Source: Basidiobolus meristosporus CBS 931.73
Lineage: Eukaryota; Fungi; Basidiobolomycota
DNA length: 64,000 nt
Reading direction: 5' to 3'
Assembly (NCBI GenBank): GCA_002104905.1
Contig: MCFE01000227.1
Coordinates: 1 to 64,000, forward strand
Part shown: positions 11,841-24,609 of the stretch, in pieces
How positions within the stretch are numbered: position 1 is the first letter of the stretch
How the letters are laid out: the number at the start of each line of letters is the position of its first letter
Notes under the pieces: generated by a model
Seen by the model: the letters and a program-made list of their open reading frames with translations, nothing else
What the model was told of the DNA's origin: nothing
The model's database searches: none
Translations under genes and position numbers: made by a program

Positions 11841-14159
11841 GGCGCTACTTGGGTGACAGTCTGACAGTACCCACACAAATTCTCACGGGACTGTTCCACG
11901 GTTCGAACGACGGAGCAGAAGAGCAAGGAAAATCGGAGGGAAGGGAGGCTGGATGGTCACAACTAATGGGATTCGGGTTGTTCAGGAAGTTTCAGCTGGG
12001 ATGGAAGTTAAGGAGCAAAAGAAGTAAGGAGGGGATGCATCAACAAATAAATCTCTCATGGATGCGCGCTTGTCAGCCATCTATACATCTATACGGCCGC
12101 TTGCAAACTGGAACTAACTTGAGTGACCGGGCATCAACCCAATCGAATTCGCCCCCTTGATTCGCATCCAAATAATTTCCCTTGGCCGCAGTTTCATCCG
12201 GTCGAATTCGATCATGTCCCCCCTGCCCATCCGCCTCCCATTTACGCCCTTCGGTCCTCGAATGCTGTGGCGGGGGTCGTTTGGGGTGCGCGGTGGAGAG
12301 GAGGCAGACGCGAGCTGAGCCGCATCCTATGCCTTCCCGGCGCTTCCGAGGGAAGGCATGGGGCAACCGATAATATACATCCGTACATGCGGGTGCAGGG
12401 AATCCACCTGGACGGGGTCCCAGTTGCATGGCAGTATCGAGACCCACTGCAGTGTGCTGTATCCCATCAACACTGGATTCATTCACCCCGTAAACAAGCA
12501 GTAGGCCGCCTTTTGGAGTTGCTGGCCGGCCATTGCACATGCCCACTCTGACCGATGCTGGAGTGTCAGTGTAAGTGTAAGTATCGGCGTAAGCGTAAGC
12601 GAAGTGAATCCATGAAATTGCTGGCCAGGAGCTTTGCATACGGCCTAACCTCCGGTGGCTTATCCTAGCAACCATGTGATCCCCCTGGCCACTCTGATCG
12701 AATGTTCCTGAGGTTTCATATCCTCCGCTGTGACATCCGGTGACGCTGACCGAACTAGCTCCTAACGGAGGTTAAATACCCATGTTGATCACTCAGTCCT
12801 GAGTCCAAGTTGACTTCATCGACCATATACTCCCCAGGGGAGATGGCTATATTGGATAGCCTATCTGGCCACCATCATTCCTGATACACCACCCGTCTCC
12901 CATGCCCAGCTGCAGGCCTCAATTCTCGGGCCAGCCATGTCTGGCTTGCGTCCCTATCGCTGCACTTCATCTGCCATATAGTCCTTCGTTCGCAATTCGC
13001 CTGGTCTACCGGGGATTTCGGTCGCATATACCCGGCTCATTGGACTTCAAGTGGCTGCCAGCTGTCCCTGCCAAGTCAGAATAACTCCGCTGGTCGGGTG
13101 GACGAAGCCACGATATTCCCGGGTGGAGGAGAATCCCAAATGCTCTAAGCCATATGACCGGTTCGGCTATTTTTCCATCTGACCAGTGTCTCTTGACTAG
13201 TCGTGGGGCTAGGTACATCTCCGATTATCCTGCGCCTCCTTTATAGCCAGCTTCGAAATGTTACGGTGCCCCAGGTGCGTGTCAATGGTGGAATCGCCAA
13301 CGCCAGCCCACTCAAGATATCAATCCGGATCCATCATCTGGCGCAGCTTGGATTGCTCCTACTTCACAATATAATAGGTTCCAGTCATGGAACCCCATTG
13401 ACCGACCATCTTCCCGGCAAGGTCCCTCCTTAACAAACCAGCCGCGCAGGGCTTCATTTCGCACAAGGGAAGTACAATGGACCAAAGATTCCCTGCAGTA
13501 GAACATCACCCACGTTTCCAGTGACAGCCGGTTTTTCGCTTACTCTTATCACCATAACCACCAAATCACTGGGGCCGTTCCCATGACCAAGCCAAAATGA
13601 CACCCTGTGGCAGAGATTGAATCGATGAGATACACTTATTCAGTGGAGTAAAGCATAGAATTTGGGGATCCTAAAGGTTGCTCTCCAGGAACGTGAGTTT
13701 AATCATCATGATCACCAAGGTTTATGAGTATTTCTTACTAATGCAAGTCACTACACATACTACAGAGTCTTTTCTTCCGCTGCCTATGCATTCAAACAAT
13801 GCGTTTTAGCCTACACACAAGCACCTGAGAGGCGTCAGATGTTTCTCCCCTCTTGACTTGAGCACCACATGGTCACTTAGATTATAGTCCACATATTGTA
13901 GTGAGCTCTGCCATAATATCTCACCAGGACATACATGGAATATTTCACCAAAATACTGGACGCCTGCCACTTCAGATTTTATGGCTTTGAACTAAGTGCC
14001 CCAGACTTTGCACATTTGTTGTTGGAACCTTTTTACCCATGCTGTGCTCTAAGAGTTTTTGAGCTATTGGAGGTATTTGGGAAAACCAGTAGAGTATATG
14101 GTTCCCATTTGGTGGTTTATCAAATGTGAAAGTATCATTTGTACTTTTACATGATCAGA

Positions 14160-15420
14160 GAAAAACAAGCACTCAGAATCTGCTCACAAAGGTACCAAGC
14201 ACCTGTGAGTATAGTACTGAGATCTGTGAGGTTGCAGGTATCTGACACTATGATGAAATAATTGGAGTTTCAATAATGAATTTGCACTGAGTTCTTTGAC
14301 ATTTGCGCAGCATGATGTTAGTAACTTTTCAGGTGTAGTGTAATGATCCCAAACACTCCCACTCAACTAGGTTTTCAGATAAACCAGGCTCAACAGAGAT
14401 CTACAGTACTCAAAGTTGTCTCTTGCCATCAATTTTGTGAATATATATTTGATCATTTTGTTGCTAGGACAGTGTGTTAGGTTGGCTGGGCTATTCTCTC
14501 TAGCTCCGTGGATGAAATGCTGTTGGACACTGATGCTCCAAGTTCTAGGTTAATAGGTAGATTTTCTACTGTAATTCAAGTACCTTAACTCCTTGTGAAA
14601 TAAATATGTAAATTGCTTTTGTCCAATAAATAAGTTGTTAAGAGCTAACATAGCCATATTGCTTTGATTGCAGCCTTACTGACTGCCACTGGCTCTGACT
14701 TGGGGATGGAAAGTACCACATTTGGTTGCTTTCCTGAAATCCAGGAGATTGCTTCTTTCCAGGAAAGAAAGGTGTGCCATGATACATCTACTGCTTTCTA
14801 AGCTTTGGGCACTAGGGTATCTTGAAAGGTCCTATTCTGAAATGTTGACATTAAGCCCAATACAGTTAAAGCCACTTTGCTCTTTCTTCTGCTACTCCAA
14901 AACCACTTCCCCTTTGCCTTTAGGACAGTATTCTTCTGCCATGACAATGCCCTAGAGACCTTGTTTTTGTATCAGCATCTACATATTTGCCTTCCAGACT
15001 TGGTAGACACATACATCCAGCTATTGAGCCAGGAGAAAAAATACAGTGACTGCAGTAGTACCCATTCCAGCAAGTTGTGACTTGGGGCTTGTACCCATTT
15101 GTAAGTATCTGAGAGCACAAGTAGTGTTTGTGGCTTTCACTTAGCAGTATATCAAAAGTTGGAGTAGTATCTATACTGCTACATGCTGGTAGCCAAAAAA
15201 GTTCCTGTTGACTTTTTTGAGAGGTCTGCAGAGCATACACGCAAAGTTTGGGTTAGCTTCAACAACCTTGAGAAATGGCTTGATCTGAATACCGGAGATT
15301 GCGGCGCAAATATTCCAAATAAATACCAACAACAAATTTGAGCAAATTCTCTGCAGTTTTTAGGCAATGATATTAGTGGCTAAGTTAGGTGAATGTATAG
15401 CTCAATGCCAAAATTTTCAT
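14160..15420 (-). mobile_element. Internally deleted Copia relic (leader + gag N-terminus joined to RNase H); boundaries approximate
   Basis: Minus frames read QVWKANM*MLIQKQGL*GIVM (gag), AISWISGKQPNVVLS...AIKAIWL and HCPSNKMIKYIFTKLMARDNFEYC (RNase H). PPT-like GAGTGGGAG at ~14356-14364 is followed by TGTTTGGG. Confidence 0.7.
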
Positions 15421-15879
15421 CAAAAGTTGCCATTATGAAATGCCTGGCAGACAGGCTTATTGGCCTTATATCAGTCCTAGAGTTTAGGACTTAAGATACG
15501 ACTACAGATTATATATGTGTAAGGCTTTCAGATCAAGAGTCAAGAGTATCAAAGACCAAAAAACTGTAAGAGGAATGTGACATAATAAGCAATGGTGAAA
15601 ATGAAATGTTATTACAGAAATGATGTTGGATGATGAAAAGACTCAGCTTCAAGGCCACCACTGGTTTAGGCTGGACTAGGACTTAGTAATGACTATTTAC
15701 ACACTCCAGGAGACTCTTGGGCCATCAGTCAGCCTGAATTAGTGCACAAGAATACTCCAGAAATGTTAATTCCATTATTACAAGGCAGAAGATCCAACCA
15801 GATTAGAAATGGCAAATAGCACTAAAAAAATGATAGCAAAACATAGTCTTTACCTACTCAGGCTGTACCAGCAAGCCCC

Positions 15880-16600
15880 CAGCAGTGAAGGAGGTTCCAA
15901 ATAGTCCCCAGGCAATTTTTTAAAGTGCTGCAATGACTGGGGAACATCAGCACTGATGGAATGCTTTCACTTAGTCCAGCTATCAATCAGCCTTCAACTA
16001 ATTGGATGTTGAGGAGTCTTCAAGAAAAATTATATCACTTTTGGTACAGCTCAAGGATACCAAGAAAGCCTTGCTGCCAAAGAGTACTCCTAAATGCAAG
16101 GACTGAGCCACACCAAAATCTCTCACTGATAAGTAAGTCTCATGTAATAATATTATATCTGGCTCTTGCTACAAACATGAGATTCCATTGACCAAAGGGG
16201 TATAAAAGTGGCATTATTGATAGGGAGATTCATGAGGATGTTCATACATGCTGCCTGGCAGTTTTGCTGACCTAGACCACCCCACTTGATCTGCAGACTT
16301 GAAATATCTCTTTATATTATTGAGCAATCACCAAGAGCCTAAAATTGGGTCTCAGATCTTGATTTAGAATCTCTGTATTTGCAAATGATACAATAATGAC
16401 TCCAGTTTCAACTAAAAGCTAGGTGCTAAAAATCCAGGCTCATTAGCACTATATCATGATGACCTTACTACTGCAGCCAAAAGTTGGAATATTTTGGAAT
16501 AATCCAATGCCAGTCTGTCTTAGAAGTCTAACAAACTTGAGAAAGGAGAGCTCAGTGACCACTTTGGAATACTATTCTTCACCACTCAGAGTGTCTAAAT
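15880..16600 (+). pseudogene. Heavily decayed Copia RT
   Basis: Colinear DNA similarity to the reverse complement of 135-620 (e.g. ctgcaatgactg, aattggatgt, gtcttcaaga); no intact ORF. Confidence 0.6.
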
Positions 16601-17069
16601 CTGGTATCCAGCTACTCTTTTCTGGTATTCAGCTACTCTTTACTTCTATCAAACTGCAAATATTGAAAATATGAGGCTAAAACACCAGCAAAATGCTATT
16701 AAAGTGCCCCCAGCTTTTAAATCAATAAAATTCAAACCTGAGGTTTGCAAAGAAGCCAGTAAAATATCATTGTAATACTGTTGAAATGCCAGTTGTGGGT
16801 CAACATAAGTTCTATATATGCAGCTTTTCATATAGTGCCCAGGAATCCCTATACTCAGGACACATGCACCTGGGACCTTCCTAGCCATATTCTACAGACA
16901 TGTTCTGGTAAGATCATATTGGATTGTTGAAGCAGCCTTTACATCAAATAAATTAATAGGTGAAAGATGGACAATCTAATAACATTCCTGCCAAAATCTC
17001 ACAATATCATCTTAGCCTCAACTGTTACATTGAGTGCTTATTGGAAAGTAGTTACATTACTGCCTGAGG

Positions 17070-19293
17070 CTGTGTTTCCAACTCTTGAGAAACAGCTTTT
17101 GTCTTGTTAGTAATTCTTCTTGGCTATGATGGGATTCAGTCTGTTCTGGAATGACAGCATTAATTGGTAAGAGCTGCAGCATCTGTCTCACACTTCCCTG
17201 TCTCTGGCGTTAGTGAACTTTTTTCTCATTGCCTTTACCTCTCTCACTGCCAAATATTTCACTGTTACTTTCACTGAGAGCTTCTTGTTTCACACTACAC
17301 TTTTTCTTTGATAAATGCTGCACTGATGCATCTGTTTCTGCCTGCTTCTCCTGTGTCAGCACTCTTCCGGCACCTTGATGTTTCTTTGCCACTTGCTTGA
17401 AACTTTCAGCCTTGCTTGGGAGATGTTCCTGAGGGAGCTGCCTCTGTATAGTAATTGCAACCATATTCTACTGCATTTTATGGTTTCTGCTATACTTGAG
17501 GCACTTTCTTAGCATACAAATGTGGGCACAAGATCTATTACTTACTGGAATCCAGGATATTGTACATGGAGCATATTAAGCACATATTGCTTAGCCTTGA
17601 ATTCCTTATGGTCATATGATATACTGGCCTTAAGGTGAAGCTATGCTTGACTACTAACTGCCTCTGAAACATTATCCCACTCTTAATTATTGGACTCAAT
17701 TGTATCATGGATCTTCAATGTTGTTTGACCTCAAGGCTGGGTTATTAAAATCACAGTCTCTCCCTTTCATGCTGTCTTAGATTTTTCTGTGTGCTTGATC
17801 TCTGAGTGCTGCTAGTGTGTATTAAGGACTTTTTGGTGTTCTCCTGCTTTTGCATTGGGAAATTACTTGGTTATTGGCTATGACATTAATCCACTTGAGT
17901 TCCTTCTTTGCAGCCTATGTATGGTGTTCTCTATCTGGGATATTGGCTGCTCTACACATATTATCCACTCATCCTGCCTCAGGATCATTTTCTGATTTCT
18001 CTAGCCCATTACTTCAATCCTATTTGCCACTTCACCTAACTGCTTCATTTATGCTTTTGTATGTACTGGTATCATACTTGCTAATAATAGTGGTAGTGAT
18101 GTTACAATGGTCATTAGACTTGTTCCATTGGATAGTGCCACATTGAGCCGTGAGTGCCAATTGCAATGGAATGCTTGTAATAGTCTAGAGGTTTTCTCCT
18201 TCAAGGTTGGAAATTCTTGATCTTTCAAATGTGTATAACAGTAGCAATAGCAATATAAAGAAATCAGTATAATATTGGCTTTGTGATATTTTAGTGATGG
18301 AATACTCTTCATCACCATAGCTCCTCAAGTTCTCAGTCAAATAGGCAATTGAGAAAATCTGTGGAGCAGCAAGCTGACCATAGTTTTTAGGCAGATGAGA
18401 ATGTAGCATGTGCAGTACCTCTGGTAAAACACCAGCAAATGGACTTGTTCCGTTAGATAGTGCCACATTGAGCCGTGAGTGCCAAATGATGCCATAGTGT
18501 GCCAGAGAGGTAAAGTGAGCCTATACTTGGCCACAGAGTGTGAAACATAGCTCTGCATTGTCATGTAAAGCAGCCCCTGTGTTTAAGCCATTGCGCAGGA
18601 GAAAATCCATTTTTTGACCTTTTTTTGTGGATCAATGTAGCTCAGGATGTTGAGAGTACAGGAGAACAGAAGATATGTGTCTGGTACTCAATACCCATGG
18701 CACTCTGAATCTAGCTCCTGTAGCTTGTATCATGTCACAAAAATGAATGGCACTATCTTGGTCCACTGGTACTATCTGGCACTATAAGTGCTTTGTATAG
18801 ATCTTACTTTAGGGCTAATATTTAAATATAGTGCCAGATAGTACCAGTGGACCAAGATAGTGCCATTCATTTTTGTGACATGATACAAGCTACAAGAGCT
18901 AGATTCAGAGTGCCATGGGTATTGAGTACCAGATGCATATCTTCAATCTGTTTGTGCTCTAACACATCCTGCACAACATTGATCCAAAAAAAAAGGTCAA
19001 AAAGTGATTTTCTCCAACACAATGGGTGAAACACAGGGGCTGCTTTGCATGAAGATGCAGAGCTATGTTTCACACTTTGTGGCCAGGTAGAGGCTCACTT
19101 TACCTCTCTGGCACACTATGGCATCATTTGGCACTCACGGCTCAATGTGGCACTATCTGACGGAACAAGTCCATTTGCTGGTGTTTTACCAGAGGTACTG
19201 CACATGCTACATTCTCATCTGCCTAAAAACTATGGTCAGCTTGCTGCTCCACAGATTTTCTCAATTGCCTATTTGACTGAGAACTTGAGGAGC
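17070..19293 (+). mobile_element. En/Spm-family relic (second-gene region), host of foldback copy A
   Basis: Colinear with 21.95-23.3 kb in the same orientation; interrupted at 18116-19172. Confidence 0.7.
18116..19172. mobile_element. Foldback element copy A (core 18441-19172) with a residual 45-bp left terminus and a captured inverted flank
   Basis: TSD ATT at 18113-18115 and 19173-19175; original terminus 18116-18160; 18166-18440 is the reverse complement of 19173-19447; 40-bp central spacer. Confidence 0.92.
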
Positions 19294-19509
19294 TATGGTG
19301 ATGAAGAGTATTCCATCACTACAATATCACAAAGCCAATATTATACTGATTTCTTTATATTGCTATTGCTACTGTTATACACATTTGAAAGATCAAGAAT
19401 TTCCAACCTTGAAGGAGAAAACCTCTAGACTATTACAAGCATTCCATCCAGAATATTATGCAACACAGAACATGCAGTAGTGAACACATGTCTGAAGTTA
19501 CAGCTCATT
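19294..19509 (+). mobile_element. Truncated copy of the TG..CA-bounded element at 43134-44364
   Basis: Colinear with 43134-43350; cut exactly where a CCCTATG terminus begins at 19510. Confidence 0.6.
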
Positions 19510-20250
19510 CCCTATGGAAGATAACTTGGTCCAGCAGGTGGATCTAATCCAGATCAGCCATATAAATACCATCAGGAGGCATCTATAATACAAGCAACTT
19601 GGAATTAATGACCCTTTATGCAATCTCAAGACAAAATCACAACAGCATTTGACTAACTTTACAGCCAAAAAGAGTTAAAATCGTGACAGTGTTTGGGCAG
19701 TGTTTTGTCAAGAGCTGCATAGCATTGTTGTAGTCTTAGTGCTCCCTTCAACTATCTGAGTAGATCTGACCAGCCAGTACATCCAACTGCCTTATATGGG
19801 CAAAAACCTGACAGTGCTTTGACAGCCTTATTGCAAGCCTCTGATGGCATTATAATGCCAGTATGGTGGCCTACAGCTAATTCTGTATAGTGCTACCACA
19901 CCGGCTTACCAAATGGTACTTCCTTTTTATACCTCCCCTTGCGTAATTCAAATATTCCACTGTAGAATCACCCTCTTTATTTGCTTACCCACTACTTCCT
20001 TGGGCATTCCACTTATTATTTAAGTCAAAAAATCCCATGGCCTCCTGCTCACCAACCTCTAGAAACATGCACAGCTGCCGCAATTGATATACTTCTATCA
20101 CCTCAACTTAACGGCTTTTTAGTGTGATATTTGCAAAGTTGTCATAAGCCATGTGCAGCCGGTAACATATACAACTTGCAAACATATGTTTGGTTGCCAC
20201 TGCTTCTGCCATGAATACTGCCTGAATACTCACAAATAACTCTTTAGTAG

Positions 20251-20757
20251 GGTCATGATCACATGACAACCATGGACACCCATGTCAAGTTTCAGCTTCC
20301 TAGCTCAATTTCCAAGAGATTCCTTCTGGAGCCTTCTACCACCTTCCAGAAAGTTCTTGACCATTCCAAACCATTGTTACACAATGGAACATTCCATGGA
20401 AGCTTCCAATTGTATTTCCATAGTCCAGTACCATATACGGAACTACCAGGTCACATGATCAGGTGACCCAATCCATTTCCCCATCTTGTCTCAGTGCCTT
20501 GCCTTCTATATTATTATCCCCAGCACTGCTGTTGTGCCTCACCTCACAACCCCATTAGTATTGGCTAATATCTCTTGGCATCAGTATAGCCAAAAAGTAT
20601 ATATAGTCCTATCCCCCCTTAAGTATTTCTCAGTCTGATAAACACTGGTCTTGAATAAACAGCCTTGCCTTGAATCCTGTCTTGCCTTGATGGTCCACAC
20701 CTAAGTCCTTTCCTGCCATGCCTAGCTTTTCCTCCTGCCTTGTTTCTATTTATAACA
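20251..20757. mobile_element. Solo LTR, 507 bp
   Basis: (G/T)GTCA...TAACA ends; 5-bp TSD AGTAG/GGTAG; empty site visible in the paralog near 56.19 kb; TATATA and AATAAA motifs inside. Confidence 0.7.
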
Positions 20758-23700
20758 GGTAGTTAGCCAGTATATTTCATCTTCCTGCTGGATCCTAGTC
20801 CCCATGTAGCTGCACTTATGCACTTGTTTGTGTGAATTCCATATTGAATGGTGTAGAAGTTGGCTTGTGACTAAGAGAAATCTGTCATACCTTGGTAGAG
20901 TTTTCCACAACAAAATTGCTGCTTTTTGCACCCAACCCAACTTTGCACTACTTAACTGCTAACCCACACATTGGGGCTGCTTAGCTTCATAATGGTTGGT
21001 TGGCTCTGCTTCTGCCATGAATGCCTCCTGAATATCTGCAAAGAACTTTTTGATATATTGTTGGTATATTCCATCTCCGTGCTGGATCCTAGTTGCCCTT
21101 ATAGGTGCTCTTTGGCTCCTGTTTGTGTGAGTTCCTTATGGAATGATGAAGAAATTGGCTTGTACCACGGAGATACCTGACATACTTGGTTAAAGTTGTC
21201 CTCACAAGATTTAGTAGCTTGTTGAGTTCAGCACACCTTTCCATTACTTAACTAACCCTATGAAAAATTATTGTAATGATCCTGTCAAAAGGCTATCACA
21301 AAGTTAAAGTCCCATGACTAAGAGGTACTGATCCCATCAGGACACCATCCAGAGACCATAAAAAAATAATTGCATCCCAGATTTCATAAAAAATTAGTTA
21401 AAATTTTTCACCACAACAACGTATAAGTGGCTTTTGATTGTTTCCCTGCCAGTTTGCTCACTCTCTGATCCTGGACACTCTATCACCTCCTATATTTGTG
21501 TGCATTGATTGGCTATTGCCTCTTTTTCACACTCCTTACTTCCTGACTCAGCTGTTTCTCTTACTTTGCATTTGTATAAATTAATTTATTTCCATTGGAA
21601 CTTCTGTTGCACCTCAATTGCCAATTGTATTGACCTATGCAAGTCCCTATACCCTACACCAACATTAAGCCCAACCCCACACTCAACAAGAAATGCCATT
21701 AAAATCCTCCACTCAATAAGTGTTTCTGCTATAACCTTCAGGTTCCTCAACTTTGTCAGGAACCCAACAGCTTTATGCCACTGTTCATTCACTGGTTCCC
21801 ACCTGTCCTGGTCTTCAGCTAGCACTGCAATTTATAGCACCTCATCTGCCAGTATTTGCAATAAATCCTTGCAATATTCAAGTGTGTTTTCTTGAGCACT
21901 GCTCTTAAAGAAGTGCTGCAACCTCTTGGTGTGCCTATTAATGTTCCAAAACTCTCCCAACACTTGTGAAAACAGCTGTTTTCTTGTTGGTAATTCTTCT
22001 TAGCTATGATGGGATTCAGTCTGCTCAGGGCTTGCTGCATTAATTTGTGAGAACTGCAGTATTTTGGATGCCTCCCTGTCTCAGGCTTGGGTAGACATTT
22101 TCCCTTTAACTTTCCCTTTATCACTGCTGCTTTGTCTGAGTGCTTCCTGTAATGACCTACATTTTCTCCTTAATAAATTCTGCACTGACTCATCTGTTCT
22201 GGCCTGCTTGTGCCTTACTGGCACTCCTCAGGCAGCCTGACATCTCTTTTCTGCTTGTTTTCAGCTCTCAACCATAGTTGGGATGGGCTCCTGTAAAAGC
22301 CCCTTGTTTAATCATTGACAGGTCCTTCACTGCTACTTTAACTGAACAATTCTGAGTAGTACTATGCAGTTTCTTAAATAAGTGTTGTGCTGGTGCATCT
22401 AAGTTGGCCTGCTTGTCCCTAATTGGCACTCTTCCAGCTACCTGACAACTCTTTGACACTAGTCTGGCACTTTTGGCCCTGCTTATAACAGGCTATTGAG
22501 AGAGCCACTGGTTTTTAGCCATGAGATCCTTGCTCTTCTGCCTTTGATAGTTTCTGCTACTCTTAAGATGCTTTCTTAGCATACCATTGATGGCCCAAAA
22601 TCTGTTTGCCTGTTTGAATCCAGGACAATACTCATGGAACAAGTCAAGTGCATTCTGCTTGGCCTTGAGTTCCTAATGGTCTAATGGTATGCTGGCCTTA
22701 AGGTTATGGCATGCTAGACTTCAGACAGCCTCTTGAATATTAGGCCACTCTGCATTACTGCACTCAACAGGTTCCTAGATATTGAATGTCTTTTGATTTT
22801 TAGGCTTTTGTATAAACATCACATTGTCTCTCTCTCATGCTATGATAGGTTTTTCTGTGGGCTTTATCTTTGGAGACTGTTGTTGTGCTTCAAAGACTGT
22901 ACAGTGTTCCTCTGCTGTTACATTAGGAAATGGCTCAATTCTTGGCTGTGACATTGAGCTACTTGAGTTCCTTTGTTGCAGTAAAAATACTGCTTTCTGT
23001 ACCTGGGATATTGATTGCTCTACACATATCATCTCCTCATCCTGCTTCCAGACTATTTCCTGATTTCTCTGGGCCAATGCATCTATCCTATCAGCCACTG
23101 CACCTAATTGCTTTGTTACTTCTTTGGTATGAGCTGAAAACATACTTATTAATATGGGTGGTGGTGATATATGATGGCCACTTGCTGGTCTTCAATTGAC
23201 GGTACTGCATTTGCTACATTCTCATCTGCCTTAGTATAATGGTCAGCTTGTGGCTCTGCAGAGGTCATCATTGCCTACTTGACTGAGAGCCTGAGGAGTC
23301 CGCATTATCACTTTCAGTGGGCACACTACTAACAAGGCCTTTTTTAGATGTAGCCCCACTTGTTGCACTGAATGTTGAAGCAAGGTGTTGTTGAACTGTT
23401 CTTGTGTTGCCATCAGTGGTGGGGTACAGTTGGGAACCAGACAACTTTGCTTTTTTTTTTGGCAGCATATATATGGATGTAAGTCAAACCAAAGGAGAAA
23501 TAGTGTTAGATACACATGTGTATGTGGTGTCACAACATCATTTATAATGCTTACAATGGTAGGTCACCATTGATCATTACATTCATGTAGGTGTGATGCC
23601 TCAAATACAAGACTGTCTTGAATTCACATGATTATAGACCAAAAAATGATATAATGGAGTGACATTGCTGAAGGTCAAACTGTTTTCCCCATGGAAAAGA

Positions 23701-23871
23701 CTACTTTGACTCGACACTGTAAGAGAAGAGAAAAAGACCATGTGGCTATTGTAGCAAGCCTCTCCGCCATGAAACACACAGACAGTATAGGAAGTATTAT
23801 AAGAATCATGGCCAGTGTGTTGCATCACAAGTAATATTTGACCATTCATTGGTCACTGCTGTACCAACATT

Positions 23872-24605
23872 AGACTTGTTCCCTTGGATAGTGCCACATT
23901 GAGCCATGAGTGCCAAATGATGCCATAGTGTGCCAGAGAGGCCAAGTGAGCCCATATTTGGCCACAGAGTGTGAAACATAGCTCTGCATCTTCATGCAAA
24001 GCAGCCCCTGTGTTTCACCCATTGTGCAGGAGAAAATCCATTTTTTGACCTTTTTTTGTGGATCAATGTAGCTCAGGATGTGTAAGAGCACAGGAGAACT
24101 GAAGACATGCTTCTAGTACTCAATACCCATGGCACTCTGAATCTAGCTCCTGTAGCTTGTATCATGTCACAAAAATGAATGGCACTATCTTGGTCCACTG
24201 GTACTATCTGGCACTATAAGTGCTTTGTATAGATCTTACTTTAGGGCTAATATTTAAATATAGTGCCAGATAGTACCAGTGGACCAAGATAGTGCCATTC
24301 ATTTTTGTGACATGATACAAGCTACAGGAGCTAGATTCAGAGTGCCATGGGTATTGAGTACTAGAAGCATGTCTTCAGTTCTCCTGTGCTCTTACACATC
24401 CTGAGCTACATTGATCCACAAAAAAAGGTCAAAAAGTGGATTTTCTCCAACACAATGGGTGAAACACAGGGGCTGCTTTGTATAAAGATGCAGAGCTATG
24501 TTTCACACTCTGTGGCCAGGTAGTGGCTCACTTGGCCTCTCTGGCACACTATGGCATCATTTGGCACCCATGGCTCAATGTGGCACTATCCAACGGAACA
24601 AGTCT
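23872..24605. mobile_element. Foldback element copy B, 734 bp
   Basis: 347-bp inverted arms, 40-bp spacer, termini AGACTTG/CAAGTCT, TSD ATT; empty site ccaaca(c/t)tatcttg in the paralog at ~47.26 kb. Confidence 0.95.
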
Positions 24606-24609
24606 ATTA

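Noticed and set aside
5118-13450. Stop-codon reassignment to explain the stop-interrupted frames
   Set aside because: TAG and TGA terminate the two well-supported genes, and long TE ORFs are open under the standard code.
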